DNA from: an uncultured Chloroflexia bacterium
Lineage (GTDB): Bacteria > Chloroflexota > Limnocylindria > QHBO01
Length of the DNA: 64,000 bases
Direction of reading: 5' to 3'
NCBI GenBank assembly: GCA_963797855.1
Contig: CAWCQX010000011.1
Span: forward strand, 24,887 to 88,886
The notes below the pieces were generated by a model that worked only from the letters and a program-made list of their open reading frames with translations, had not been told where the DNA came from and searched no databases. A program made the translations under genes and the position numbers. Shown here piece by piece: positions 63,689 through 64,000 of the stretch (position 1 is the first letter of the stretch; each line of letters starts with the position of its first letter).

Positions 63689-64000
63689 GGCTCTCCGCTC
63701 GGCGGCCTCGACCAGCTGGCGGAGGACCATCATCGGCGTCACCGGACCGATGCCACCCGGGACCGGCGTGATCGCCTTCGCCAGCGGCGCGACCTCGTCG
63801 AAGGCGACGTCGCCGACGATCCCGTCCGGCGTCGCGTTGATGCCGCAGTCGACGACGATCGCGCCGGGCGGGACCATCTCGCCGCGGATGAGCCCGGGGA
63901 CGCCCGCGGCCGCGACGATCAGGTCGGCGCGCTGCGTCTCGGCCGCGAGGTCGCGCGTCCGGGTGTGGCAGACGACGACGGTCGCGTCGCGCGCGAGGAG
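63674..64000 (-). CDS. folD: bifunctional methylenetetrahydrofolate dehydrogenase/cyclohydrolase, C-terminal part; continues beyond the right edge
   Basis: My translation gives ...ATVVVCHTRTRDLAAETQRADLIVAAAGVPGLIRGEMVPPGAIVVDCGIN...ITPVPGGIGPVTPMMVLRQ. Confidence 0.85.
   Translation of the reverse strand, partial: LLARDATVVVCHTRTRDLAAETQRADLIVAAAGVPGLIRGEMVPPGAIVVDCGINATPDGIVGDVAFDEVAPLAKAITPVPGGIGPVTPMMVLRQLVEAAERRASAAA

Overview
This is a very GC-rich, densely coding bacterial chromosomal segment. The gene content looks actinobacterial or Chloroflexi-like, but the taxon cannot be determined from this window. I place about 65 protein-coding genes, one FMN riboswitch, several hairpin terminators and two coding tandem repeats. 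I saw no rRNA, tRNA, CRISPR array, integrase or transposase.

Most of the content is metabolism:
- a leucine-catabolism cluster (methylcrotonyl-CoA carboxylase alpha and beta, enoyl-CoA hydratase, HMG-CoA lyase)
- thyX, fumC, pyrD, argS, tdh-kbl and P5C dehydrogenase
- three further aldehyde dehydrogenases and a class-III aminotransferase
- a histidine-utilisation set (hutH, hutU, glutamate formimidoyltransferase)
- a two-component system
- an FMN-riboswitch-controlled ABC importer

The dominant technical feature is frameshifting. More than half of the genes can only be read by changing frame one or more times, roughly one indel per kb by my manual reconstruction (not computed). Homology continues on both sides of each break. 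Assembly indels are the most likely cause; genome decay is the alternative. Composite gene coordinates are therefore reconstructions.

The most unusual biology lies at 36.9-47.2 kb:
- An ECF sigma/anti-sigma pair sits next to three separately transcribed surface-protein genes.
- All three end in the same non-LPXTG tripartite tail: GG[NT]PTP-x-P-x-VP[DN]TA, a spacer, a hydrophobic helix that begins VP, and an Arg-rich end.
- Two of the three carry ESELGG repeats just before that tail.
- No sortase-like gene is present in the window.

Other notable points are a translationally coupled operon of rsmI, an FmrO/Rmt-type 16S G1405 methyltransferase and a divergent TGT-family gene; an excisionase-type HTH fused in frame to the biotin carboxylase subunit; a perfect DnaA-box inverted repeat upstream of thyX; and a GGDEF protein with a degenerate active site but an intact I-site.
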